From the NCBI GenBank assembly GCA_018674605.1, contig JABGZU010000084.1, positions 1 through 56,328 on the forward strand: DNA of 56,328 nt, read 5' to 3'. The notes beneath the pieces were generated by a model. That model was given only the letters and a program-made list of their open reading frames with translations. It was not told the DNA's origin and did not search any database. The DNA comes from Nitrosopumilus sp. (GTDB taxonomy: Archaea > Thermoproteota > Nitrososphaeria > Nitrososphaerales > Nitrosopumilaceae). Shown here in pieces: positions 17,938-25,825 of the stretch; the first letter of the stretch is position 1; each line of letters starts with the position of its first letter. Both the position numbers and the translations under genes were made by a program.

Positions 17938-19347
17938 TTAGCCTAAGATCATTTCAGCCACTACAGGAATTACTTCCCAGAGAGGAATTAGACCGTCAGC
18001 TTTCAATTCAGAAACGACATCATCAGAGTATAGACCATGTATGTTTACTGCTGGGTGTGCAATACTGTTTAATCCCATTGGAGGGACAGCATCACTTGGG
18101 TTACCTAATGCATATGCATAGGATGGAACTGCTGCTGGAATGACACCTTTCTCAACTAAAACTGGGTTTAAGTTGAATGGGTCACCTGCAACAAATAGAC
18201 CAATACCGCCAGTGTAAATTGCTGCATAGTCGTGGTTTACAAGAGCATAAACTCCTGGTTCGTCAAATACCAAATCTACAATCATGTTTTGTGAACCTCC
18301 GAGTAACCATGTTTCAGTTGCTGCGGATTGGACTCTGTTACCTTGGACAACTCTATCCAAAATTTCTCCAACAATGTGGAAGAATAATGGTTCGTTACCA
18401 TGGTTTTCAATAAAGAGTCTTACATGTTGATCATTTTCAACATACAAAAGTTGTGATTGCATATTTTCTAGTTCAAGACCATTCCATGGTTGTGCAACAA
18501 AGATGTTACTGTTTGTATCACCTTTGATAAGCAAATTGTGTGCCATGTTTGGTACATAACCAAATTGAATACCGTTAACGACGGTTGCAGAGTTATGATG
18601 TTGGAACATTGCTCCTGCATCATAATTGCCATCTGCGTTAAGATATAGTTGGTTGAACTGTAGTTGGAACTCTAATGCATCTGCATCGTAGAATACTCTA
18701 TCGAGTTCACCGCTACCACTGGTTTTCTCTACCATTAATTTCTTGTATCCGTTTGCAGGATCAACAATTGCAATTCCGTACATGCCGGAAAATACGTGTT
18801 GGTCCATACCAACTAGGTGGACACCAGAGCAATGGTATTTGAATACGCCAGCAGATTCTGCGATGTAACAGTATTGGCTAGTCTCTCCAGGATTAACTGA
18901 ATCGAATGCTAATGCTGTCATTTGTGATGCGTGCATGTCGTTACCGTGACCAGTAACTTCATCAGCTGGAATTGATAATGTCATTTGTACAACATCGCCT
19001 TGTGTAACTCTAAGTGTTGGTCCTGGGACTTGTCCACTAAAAGTCATAGCGTTGTATGTTTTTCCTCCCATAATTGGAAGTTCGACACTTTCACCAGTTA
19101 GATTGAACTCAACTACGTTGCGTCCAGTATCTGCAAGTGCACCACAATCAGTTTCTGCGAATGCTTGAGGCATTACAAGTTGTAAACCGCCCATTTGATG
19201 GATTTGTTCAATTACATCGACATCCATTTTTGACATATCGAGTGATTGTCCACTAATTTGGGTTTGTGTGTATGTGCTTCCGAATAAGGTTGCTCCCATT
19301 ACAGCTACTGCTGCAATTGTAAAGAGCATACTAGTTCGCTTATTCAT
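17938..19347 (-). CDS. nirK: Copper-containing nitrite reductase, archaeal type
   Basis: HGNDMH (T1 His, catalytic Asp, T2 His), YHC...QH...SGMYG, FHIVGE, LVNHD; N-terminal signal/TM. Confidence 0.92.
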   Translation of the reverse strand: MNKRTSMLFTIAAVAVMGATLFGSTYTQTQISGQSLDMSKMDVDVIEQIHQMGGLQLVMPQAFAETDCGALADTGRNVVEFNLTGESVELPIMGGKTYNAMTFSGQVPGPTLRVTQGDVVQMTLSIPADEVTGHGNDMHASQMTALAFDSVNPGETSQYCYIAESAGVFKYHCSGVHLVGMDQHVFSGMYGIAIVDPANGYKKLMVEKTSGSGELDRVFYDADALEFQLQFNQLYLNADGNYDAGAMFQHHNSATVVNGIQFGYVPNMAHNLLIKGDTNSNIFVAQPWNGLELENMQSQLLYVENDQHVRLFIENHGNEPLFFHIVGEILDRVVQGNRVQSAATETWLLGGSQNMIVDLVFDEPGVYALVNHDYAAIYTGGIGLFVAGDPFNLNPVLVEKGVIPAAVPSYAYALGNPSDAVPPMGLNSIAHPAVNIHGLYSDDVVSELKADGLIPLWEVIPVVAEMILG

Positions 19348-19366
19348 GAATTTTAGGTTGAAATCT

Positions 19367-19374
19367 CATATAAA
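19367..19374 (-). promoter_or_regulatory. TATA box of nirK
   Basis: TTTATATG on the minus strand, 20-27 nt upstream of the ATG at 19347, consistent with a leaderless transcript. Confidence 0.6.
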
Positions 19375-19493
19375 TATCTCACCAAGTTTTTACTGTAAAT
19401 TACCGATCAAAATTAATTCTAAAAAAGATAAAGTCGGAAGTATGGGATTTTGAAATTAAAAAGAATGAATAAGAGTAAAAATTCAAAGTAATT

Positions 19494-20855
19494 ATGAAGT
19501 TTAGATTAGATGAAGATTCACTTGGAAAAGTAAAAATTCCAGATGATGCATATTATGGAGCGTTTACAGGAAGAGCAATTAATCAATACCATGTTACAGG
19601 TAACAAAGCCCACAATAATCTGATTAATGCATTTGTTATGATCAAAAGATCTGCAGCAATAGCAAATATGAAAACAAAAGCTATCGATACAAAACGGGGA
19701 AAAGCCATAGTTTCAGCATGTGATAAAATATTATCAGGAAAATTTACTGAGCAATTTGTAGTAGACATGATTAACTCAGGTGCAGGAACTGCATTTAATA
19801 TGAATTCTAATGAAGTAATATCAAATGTTGCATTAGAAGTTCTACATAAAAAAAGAGGACAATATGAGTTTCTACATCCAAATGATCATGTGAATATGTC
19901 ACAATCTAGTAACGATACATATCCAACTGCAATGCATGTTGCAATTTTGATGAATCTAAAAGAAACAATTCCAGCTATTGAAATTTTAATTAAATCATTA
20001 TCTAAAAAAGCAAAAGAATTTTCATCATTTAAGAAAATTGGAAGAACACATCTAATGGATGCATTGCCAATTACATTAGGTAGTGAATTTGCAGCTTATG
20101 CAACATCAATTACAAAAGCTAAAAACAATGTCATTTTAGCACAAAAAGAATTACAAAATATTGCACTTGGAGGTACTGCAGTAGGAAATGGAGCTAACAC
20201 TCCAAAAGGGTATAGAAAAATTGCAATATCAGAACTTTCAAAAATTTCTAAATTAAAACTAAAACCAGAACCAGATATGCAGTTTAGTTTACAAAGTAAA
20301 TTTCCAGTTGCAAATGTATCAGGTTCTTTACGAAATTTAGCATTAGAAATAGGAAAAATTGCAAATGATATTAGACTAATGGCATCAGGTCCGATTGCAG
20401 GATTAGCAGAACTAGGAATTCCTGCAGTTCATGCAGGTTCATCAATTATGCCAGGAAAAGTAAATCCATCATTAGCAGAGTGCATGAATATGATTTGTTT
20501 CAATGTTATTGGAAATGATACAGCAGTTTCATATGCAGCACAAGGAGGACAGTTTGAGCTAAATGTGATGTTACCAGGAATGCTAAAATGTGTATTAGAG
20601 TCCACAGATATGCTCAAAAACTTCTTACCAATATTTTCTGCAAATCTAATAGATGGGCTCACAGCAAATAAAGAAAAATTACAGGAAAATATTGAAAATA
20701 GCCCAGTAATAGTGACATTACTAACTCCAAAAATAGGATATTTAAAATCAGCAGAACTTTTCAAAGAGTCATTAAAAACTGGAAAAACAATAAGAGAGTT
20801 AGTGGTTGCAAAAAAACTAATGACTAACAAAGAAATAGATTCTCTATTTAGATAA
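19494..20855 (+). CDS. Class II fumarase / aspartate ammonia-lyase family
   Basis: GAGTAFNMN, HPNDHVNMSQSSND, GRTHLMDA, GSSIMPGKVNP signature; fumC versus aspA cannot be resolved by eye. Confidence 0.9.
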   Translation: MKFRLDEDSLGKVKIPDDAYYGAFTGRAINQYHVTGNKAHNNLINAFVMIKRSAAIANMKTKAIDTKRGKAIVSACDKILSGKFTEQFVVDMINSGAGTAFNMNSNEVISNVALEVLHKKRGQYEFLHPNDHVNMSQSSNDTYPTAMHVAILMNLKETIPAIEILIKSLSKKAKEFSSFKKIGRTHLMDALPITLGSEFAAYATSITKAKNNVILAQKELQNIALGGTAVGNGANTPKGYRKIAISELSKISKLKLKPEPDMQFSLQSKFPVANVSGSLRNLALEIGKIANDIRLMASGPIAGLAELGIPAVHAGSSIMPGKVNPSLAECMNMICFNVIGNDTAVSYAAQGGQFELNVMLPGMLKCVLESTDMLKNFLPIFSANLIDGLTANKEKLQENIENSPVIVTLLTPKIGYLKSAELFKESLKTGKTIRELVVAKKLMTNKEIDSLFR

Positions 20856-20858
20856 GTC

Positions 20859-22127
20859 ATGGCAAAGATTTTCGTAGAAGCTTATGGTTGTTCTGCAAGT
20901 TTTGCAGATTCAGAAATGATTTCTGGATTAATTGTTAATGGAGGCCATACGTTAGCAACAAACGCATCAGAATCAGATCTAAATCTCATAGTAACATGTT
21001 CGGTTAAAGATACAACTGCAAACAAAATGATGCACAGAATAAAATCATTAAAGAAAAAACCACTAATAGTTGCAGGGTGTCTACCAAAAGCAGAAAAAAG
21101 TAATGTTGAAAAATTTACAGAAAATGCTAGCCTACTTGGACCAAATTCATTAGGGAAAACCCTAGAAGTAATTAATTCAACATTAAGAGGCAATAAACAA
21201 ATTGCATTAGAAGATGTAGATATTTCAAAAGTAGGATTACCAAAAGTTAGATTAAATCCAACTGTAGGAATTGTAGAAATTGCAAGTGGATGTATGAGTG
21301 AATGTACATTTTGTCAGACTAAATTATCTAAAGGAGATCTTTCTAGTTACAGATTAGGAGACATCGTAAGACAAGTTCAAACAGAAATTAGAGAAGGGTG
21401 TAAAGAAGTATGGTTAACATCAACAGATAATGGATGTTATGGTTTTGATATAGGTACGGATTTACCAACATTAGTAAATACAGTTACAGAGATACCAGAA
21501 GATTTTATGATAAGAGTTGGAATGATGAATCCAATGTATATGCCAAGAATTAAAAAAAATCTAATAGAAGCGTATGATAATGATAAAGTCTTCAAATTTC
21601 TACATCTCCCAGTACAAAGTGGAAGTGATAAAGTACTCAATGATATGAAAAGAGGACATACATCAGAGACATTTAAAGAAATTGTAAAAAAAGTAAAAAG
21701 AAGATTTGAAAACTTTACAATTTCAACAGATGTCATAGTAGGATTCCCATCAGAAACTGAAGAGGATTTTCAAAAAACCATAACATTGTTAGACGAAACA
21801 AAACCAGATGTGGTAAATTTATCAAAATATAGTGCTAGACCAGGTACCGATGCTGCAAAATTAAAACAAATTGATGCTGCAGAAATTAAACGAAGAAGCA
21901 AAATAGTTTTTGAACAGATCAATAAAATATCGATGGAAAGCAACAAAAAATGGATCGGTTGGAAAGGAAAAGTACTGTTTGACGAAAATACAGAAGAAGG
22001 AATTAAAGGCAGAAACTATGCTTACAAACCTATTTCAATAGATGAAGAGGTTAAAATTGGTCAATCACACATAGTTGAAATCACAAATGCCACAGTAAAG
22101 AGACTAACAGGTAAGATCGCAAGCTAA
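20859..22127 (+). CDS. mtaB: tRNA t6A37 methylthiotransferase (MtaB/CDKAL1-like radical SAM)
   Basis: UPF0004 N-domain (YGC, TCSV, AGCL), CMSECTFC, HLPVQSGSD, C-terminal TRAM. Confidence 0.85.
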   Translation: MAKIFVEAYGCSASFADSEMISGLIVNGGHTLATNASESDLNLIVTCSVKDTTANKMMHRIKSLKKKPLIVAGCLPKAEKSNVEKFTENASLLGPNSLGKTLEVINSTLRGNKQIALEDVDISKVGLPKVRLNPTVGIVEIASGCMSECTFCQTKLSKGDLSSYRLGDIVRQVQTEIREGCKEVWLTSTDNGCYGFDIGTDLPTLVNTVTEIPEDFMIRVGMMNPMYMPRIKKNLIEAYDNDKVFKFLHLPVQSGSDKVLNDMKRGHTSETFKEIVKKVKRRFENFTISTDVIVGFPSETEEDFQKTITLLDETKPDVVNLSKYSARPGTDAAKLKQIDAAEIKRRSKIVFEQINKISMESNKKWIGWKGKVLFDENTEEGIKGRNYAYKPISIDEEVKIGQSHIVEITNATVKRLTGKIAS

Positions 22128-22200
22128 ATTTTTTCGATCTAGAATTTGATAAAAAAAACGTAAGAAGGTTTTTTATGTAAATCAGAGAAGAATATTAGAA

Positions 22201-23148
22201 ATGAGTTTTCAAGTAAAAGAACCAATTTTAGTAATAGGTTTAGGAGGTGTAGGCTCAAAATTAGCAGATGAAGCAAAAATTTCTCTTAATGTAGATTGTG
22301 TGATGATTAGTAATGACAAGAAAGATTTTTCATCAGAAAATGAATCAATTCACATATCCACAGATTCAATAATTAATCCATCAGTTCAATTAATCAGAGG
22401 TTCAACATACAAAGTATCTGAAAAGATAAAATCAAAAATTTCACAATATTCAACCATTGTATTAATGAGTAATTTGGCAGGAAAAGCAGGTGCTGCAATA
22501 GCACCAGTGGTTTCAGAAATGTGTAAAGAAGAAGACAAAGGATTAATTTCATTTGCAGTTATGCCATTCAAATATGAAAAAGAACGAATTTTTAATTCAG
22601 GAGTTGCACTAAAAAGAGTTAGAGAAAATTCTCAATGCACAATTGTATTAGATAATGATTCATTATTAGAAAGTAATCCAGAGTTAACTTCTAAAACATG
22701 TTACAAAATTGCAAACTCTGCAATAATGCACATAGTAAAATCACTAGATTCATCAGAATTATCTTCAGATACAAATATTCTAACTACCAGTAAAGATGGA
22801 CAAAATATAGAAGAATCATTAAGAGATTCATTAAAAATGCTCTATGAAAATGCCCCACCAAATACAATAAAAAGTTCAATCTTGTATGTAGTAGGAGGAG
22901 AAAACATACCAGTAGGAGTAATAAATTCAATTAAAAATATCACCAGTGGAATTTCAAATGAAGTAAATTCACAAATAGATATGTCATCATCAGATCAATC
23001 CAAAGTAGTAATGCTATCATCAGTTCAAGGAATGGTAAAATTTGATAATTATGATCCATTAGGAATGATTCCACAAGAAAATACACTTGATTGGTCTACA
23101 CCAGATTGTAGCATAGATTGTAAATTAGACTTGTATCAATTAGAATAA
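22201..23148 (+). CDS. ftsZ: Divergent FtsZ/tubulin-like protein
   Basis: VIGLGGVG, VMPFKYE, LDNDSL; tubulin signature degenerate (LAGKAGAA). Confidence 0.8.
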   Translation: MSFQVKEPILVIGLGGVGSKLADEAKISLNVDCVMISNDKKDFSSENESIHISTDSIINPSVQLIRGSTYKVSEKIKSKISQYSTIVLMSNLAGKAGAAIAPVVSEMCKEEDKGLISFAVMPFKYEKERIFNSGVALKRVRENSQCTIVLDNDSLLESNPELTSKTCYKIANSAIMHIVKSLDSSELSSDTNILTTSKDGQNIEESLRDSLKMLYENAPPNTIKSSILYVVGGENIPVGVINSIKNITSGISNEVNSQIDMSSSDQSKVVMLSSVQGMVKFDNYDPLGMIPQENTLDWSTPDCSIDCKLDLYQLE

Positions 23149-23207
23149 AATAATTTTCTAAATATATAAAATAAAAAATTTTTAAAAAAAGTTAAACCTA
23201 ATTAAGT

Positions 23208-23435
23208 TTAATTTAACACACCATCAGTATCTTTAGAATCAGATTCAACTAGTGCTTTAATTTGAGAGGTATCGATACAGTTTTTTCTAAATCCAATATT
23301 ATGTTGTAAAATTCTAACCATACCATATCTCCGATAACCAGAAATAGAATCATCATATTCTCGTTCATGTTTAGTTAAAATTATTGCTTTTACTTTTTTA
23401 CCACAAGTTTTACAATAAACATAGATCTTATCCAT
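23208..23435 (-). CDS. Small putative zinc-binding hypothetical protein
   Basis: CKTC...H...C; TATA-like TTTAAG about 27 nt upstream. Confidence 0.7.
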   Translation of the reverse strand: MDKIYVYCKTCGKKVKAIILTKHEREYDDSISGYRRYGMVRILQHNIGFRKNCIDTSQIKALVESDSKDTDGVLN

Positions 23436-23698
23436 AATTATTTTTCATAGATATTCCATGAACTTAAAATTTAGCATATTAACAAAACAACAAGAAAATG
23501 ATGGAAAATAAAAGATCCCATTATTCGCTATCATTCAAGTCTACAAAAGATAGTATTTTCTCGTTGCATTCAATACGCTGAAAAAATATTTAAGTTTGAT
23601 CCAAACCTCAAATTAATCAAAAATTTAGACCATAAATAAGTAAATCACAGTTAAATTTTATAAATAAATCTTAAATGAGAGAAAAACATTAGAGATTA

Positions 23699-23833
23699 AT
23701 GAAAAACATATTGACAAATAATCTTGAAAAAAAGATGTTTTGTTTAGTTATGGATTTGCCTGAATCTAATTCAAGCAAAAAAATAGAATCTAAAATGAAA
23801 TCAAATCTTCCTGAAGATTACTATTCATTTTAG
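23699..23833 (+). CDS. Small hypothetical protein (44 aa), not in ORF track
   Basis: MKNILTNNLEKKMFCLVMDLPESNSSKKIESKMKSNLPEDYYSF*; TATA-like CTTAAATG about 25 nt upstream. Confidence 0.5.
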   Translation: MKNILTNNLEKKMFCLVMDLPESNSSKKIESKMKSNLPEDYYSF

Positions 23834-23891
23834 TAAAAATATTTTTATGTTAACATTGAAACATTATAGAAATTTTAGATAAAACACAAAA

Positions 23892-24272
23892 TTAATTAGA
23901 TTTTGTTTTAGGTGCTTCTTTAGCAGGTGCTTCTTTAGCAGGTGCTTCTTTAGCAGTCTCTGCACTATCTTCAACTTTTTTGGTTTCTTTTTCAGTAACT
24001 GTAGATTCTGCATCATCAGTAAATAGAGAAACAAGAACATAACCTTCGTCAGTTTTACTCATTCTAACTTTAATTTTTCTTGGAGGACTACGAACACCTC
24101 TAGACCAAATTTTATGTGCTAATTCTTCATCAATTTTAATAATTTCAACTTTCATGTGATGTTGAGCAAATTCTTTAATCATATTGATAGCACGTACTGC
24201 TCTGTGTTGTGATTGTGAAATCAATACTTTACCTAAAGGAATTGTATAAACTCGTTCTAATTCTTGAGACAA
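23892..24272 (-). CDS. rpl31e: 50S ribosomal protein L31e
   Basis: ERVYTIPL, RAVRAI, IWSRGVRSPPRKIKV; immediately downstream of rpl39e. Confidence 0.95.
   Translation of the reverse strand: MSQELERVYTIPLGKVLISQSQHRAVRAINMIKEFAQHHMKVEIIKIDEELAHKIWSRGVRSPPRKIKVRMSKTDEGYVLVSLFTDDAESTVTEKETKKVEDSAETAKEAPAKEAPAKEAPKTKSN
23911..23955. repeat. 15-bp coding tandem repeat x3 (AKEAP) in the L31e tail
   Basis: ggtgcttctttagca x3. Confidence 0.95.
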
Positions 24273-24431
24273 CTATCCAACCTCCACATCAGTTGATCTC
24301 CAAGCCCTACGTTTAGGATTTGTTCTAACACTTCGGTTAGTTTTGAGAATGATCCAAGCTGGTACTGCAGAAGTCTGCTTTGTTTTTTTAAGCAGACGAA
24401 TTTTTCGTGGTGAGGACTTGCGTGCAGCCAT
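24273..24431 (-). CDS. rpl39e: 50S ribosomal protein L39e (52 aa), not in ORF track
   Basis: MAARKSSPRKIRLLKKTKQTSAVPAWIILKTNRSVRTNPKRRAWRSTDVEVG*; conserved rpl39e-rpl31e order. Confidence 0.96.
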   Translation of the reverse strand: MAARKSSPRKIRLLKKTKQTSAVPAWIILKTNRSVRTNPKRRAWRSTDVEVG

Positions 24432-24468
24432 TATTTCTCAGGCACGAAGAGCTCTTTTTAAATGAATC

Positions 24469-25017
24469 TCAGGAATTTAGGCTGCTTTTGATTTGTTTTA
24501 GGATTCTAGCAGATGCACCCCACACAATTTGATCTTGATACTCAAAAGTATACATTTCAGAAATTAGATTATGATTGGGATCAGAATCTTTTGTGATAGT
24601 TTTTAACAATGAATTAAGAGGAATGTAAAGAATTTTTTCAACTTCAGAATTTGAGATCAGTGGAGGAATTTCATCCAATATAGCTACAAAGGGTAAAATC
24701 AAAAAACCAGAATTTAACGTTATAACAGGATCTAATTGACCAACCACCTGATCTTTTGAAATTACAAGTCCAATTTCTTCACGAGTTTCACGTAACGCCG
24801 TTTCTAAAAGATTTGAATCATTAGCATCAAGCTTTCCACCAGGAAATGAAATCTCACCTGCATGAAGTTTCATACTTTTTGGTTTTTCAGTCATTATGAC
24901 TTTTGGAGAATTACCATAAATTACAACAAGAACAGATGCCAATTTACAATTTGCATCAGATTTAATTTCAGGAATTATAGGACTGCAAAGAGGGAATTTT
25001 AAATCATCTAATAGCAT
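24469..25017 (-). CDS. Nudix hydrolase, CoA pyrophosphatase family
   Basis: HAGEISFPGGK...ALRETREEIGL Nudix box; IVWGASARIL. Confidence 0.9.
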   Translation of the reverse strand: MLLDDLKFPLCSPIIPEIKSDANCKLASVLVVIYGNSPKVIMTEKPKSMKLHAGEISFPGGKLDANDSNLLETALRETREEIGLVISKDQVVGQLDPVITLNSGFLILPFVAILDEIPPLISNSEVEKILYIPLNSLLKTITKDSDPNHNLISEMYTFEYQDQIVWGASARILKQIKSSLNS

Positions 25018-25090
25018 TTTGTTGTTTCCTATAATTATACAGAAGTTTTAGTATTCAAAGGTTTTAACCAAGTATAGAAAAAATAAAAAT

Positions 25091-25825
25091 ATGACAATTA
25101 GATATGAAGCTAATCCTCCCAAAATTTTACCAGATGTGAATACAGAAGAATCAATAATAAAATTTGTAGAAAAAATGAAAATAATTTCAAAAAAATGTGA
25201 TACAATTCACATTACAGAAAATGTGTTAGGGCATCAAAGAGTATCTCCAATTAAAATTGGAGGAATTATTAAAAAAGAAATTCCAGATATTCCAATTACA
25301 GTTAGTTTAAGAGTGAGAGATAAAAATAATGATGAAATTATTAAATTTGTAGAAACGTGTATTTCAATTGGAGTTGCAGGGATTTTGATACTTATGGGAG
25401 ATCCAGCACAATCAGGAGCACCAGATTCAGGCTTAGTTCCAAGTAGAGTAGTTACCAATCTAAAAGAAAAAGGGTATAATTCAAAAATTAAATTATATCT
25501 TTCAATCTCAAATAAACCAAATTTTTCAAAAATTGTAAAAAAAATTAAAGCACAACCAAATGGTTTCATGACTCAAGTTGTTCAAAATATAGAACAAGTT
25601 CAAAATCTTGTAAATAATTTAAAACAATTTTCAATAATCCCAATAATTTTATTTCCATCTGAAAAAAATCAAAAATCGGCAGATTTTTTGGGATTAAATT
25701 TAGAAGAATACAGTAAAGAATTTGATAAATTTGTAAAAGAAATCCACAAAATTACAAAAGATGTACTAATTACATCGCCTAATGATTTTAAGGGATTAAA
25801 TGAATATTTGAAAAATAATTTTTAA
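25091..25825 (+). CDS. metF: Methylenetetrahydrofolate reductase-like protein (divergent MetF)
   Basis: YEANPPK, LRVRDKN, LILMGDP, GFMTQ; adjacent to the split metH. Confidence 0.7.
   Translation: MTIRYEANPPKILPDVNTEESIIKFVEKMKIISKKCDTIHITENVLGHQRVSPIKIGGIIKKEIPDIPITVSLRVRDKNNDEIIKFVETCISIGVAGILILMGDPAQSGAPDSGLVPSRVVTNLKEKGYNSKIKLYLSISNKPNFSKIVKKIKAQPNGFMTQVVQNIEQVQNLVNNLKQFSIIPIILFPSEKNQKSADFLGLNLEEYSKEFDKFVKEIHKITKDVLITSPNDFKGLNEYLKNNF

Noticed and set aside
22114-22140. Short inverted repeats such as AGATCG/CGATCT here and ATTGG/CCAAT at 50461-50476
   Set aside because: Stems of 5-6 bp are expected by chance; no supporting context
23911-23955. AKEAP repeat in the L31e tail as a functional element
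   Set aside because: Low-complexity Lys/Glu/Ala/Pro tails on AOA ribosomal proteins are common and most simply explained by slippage
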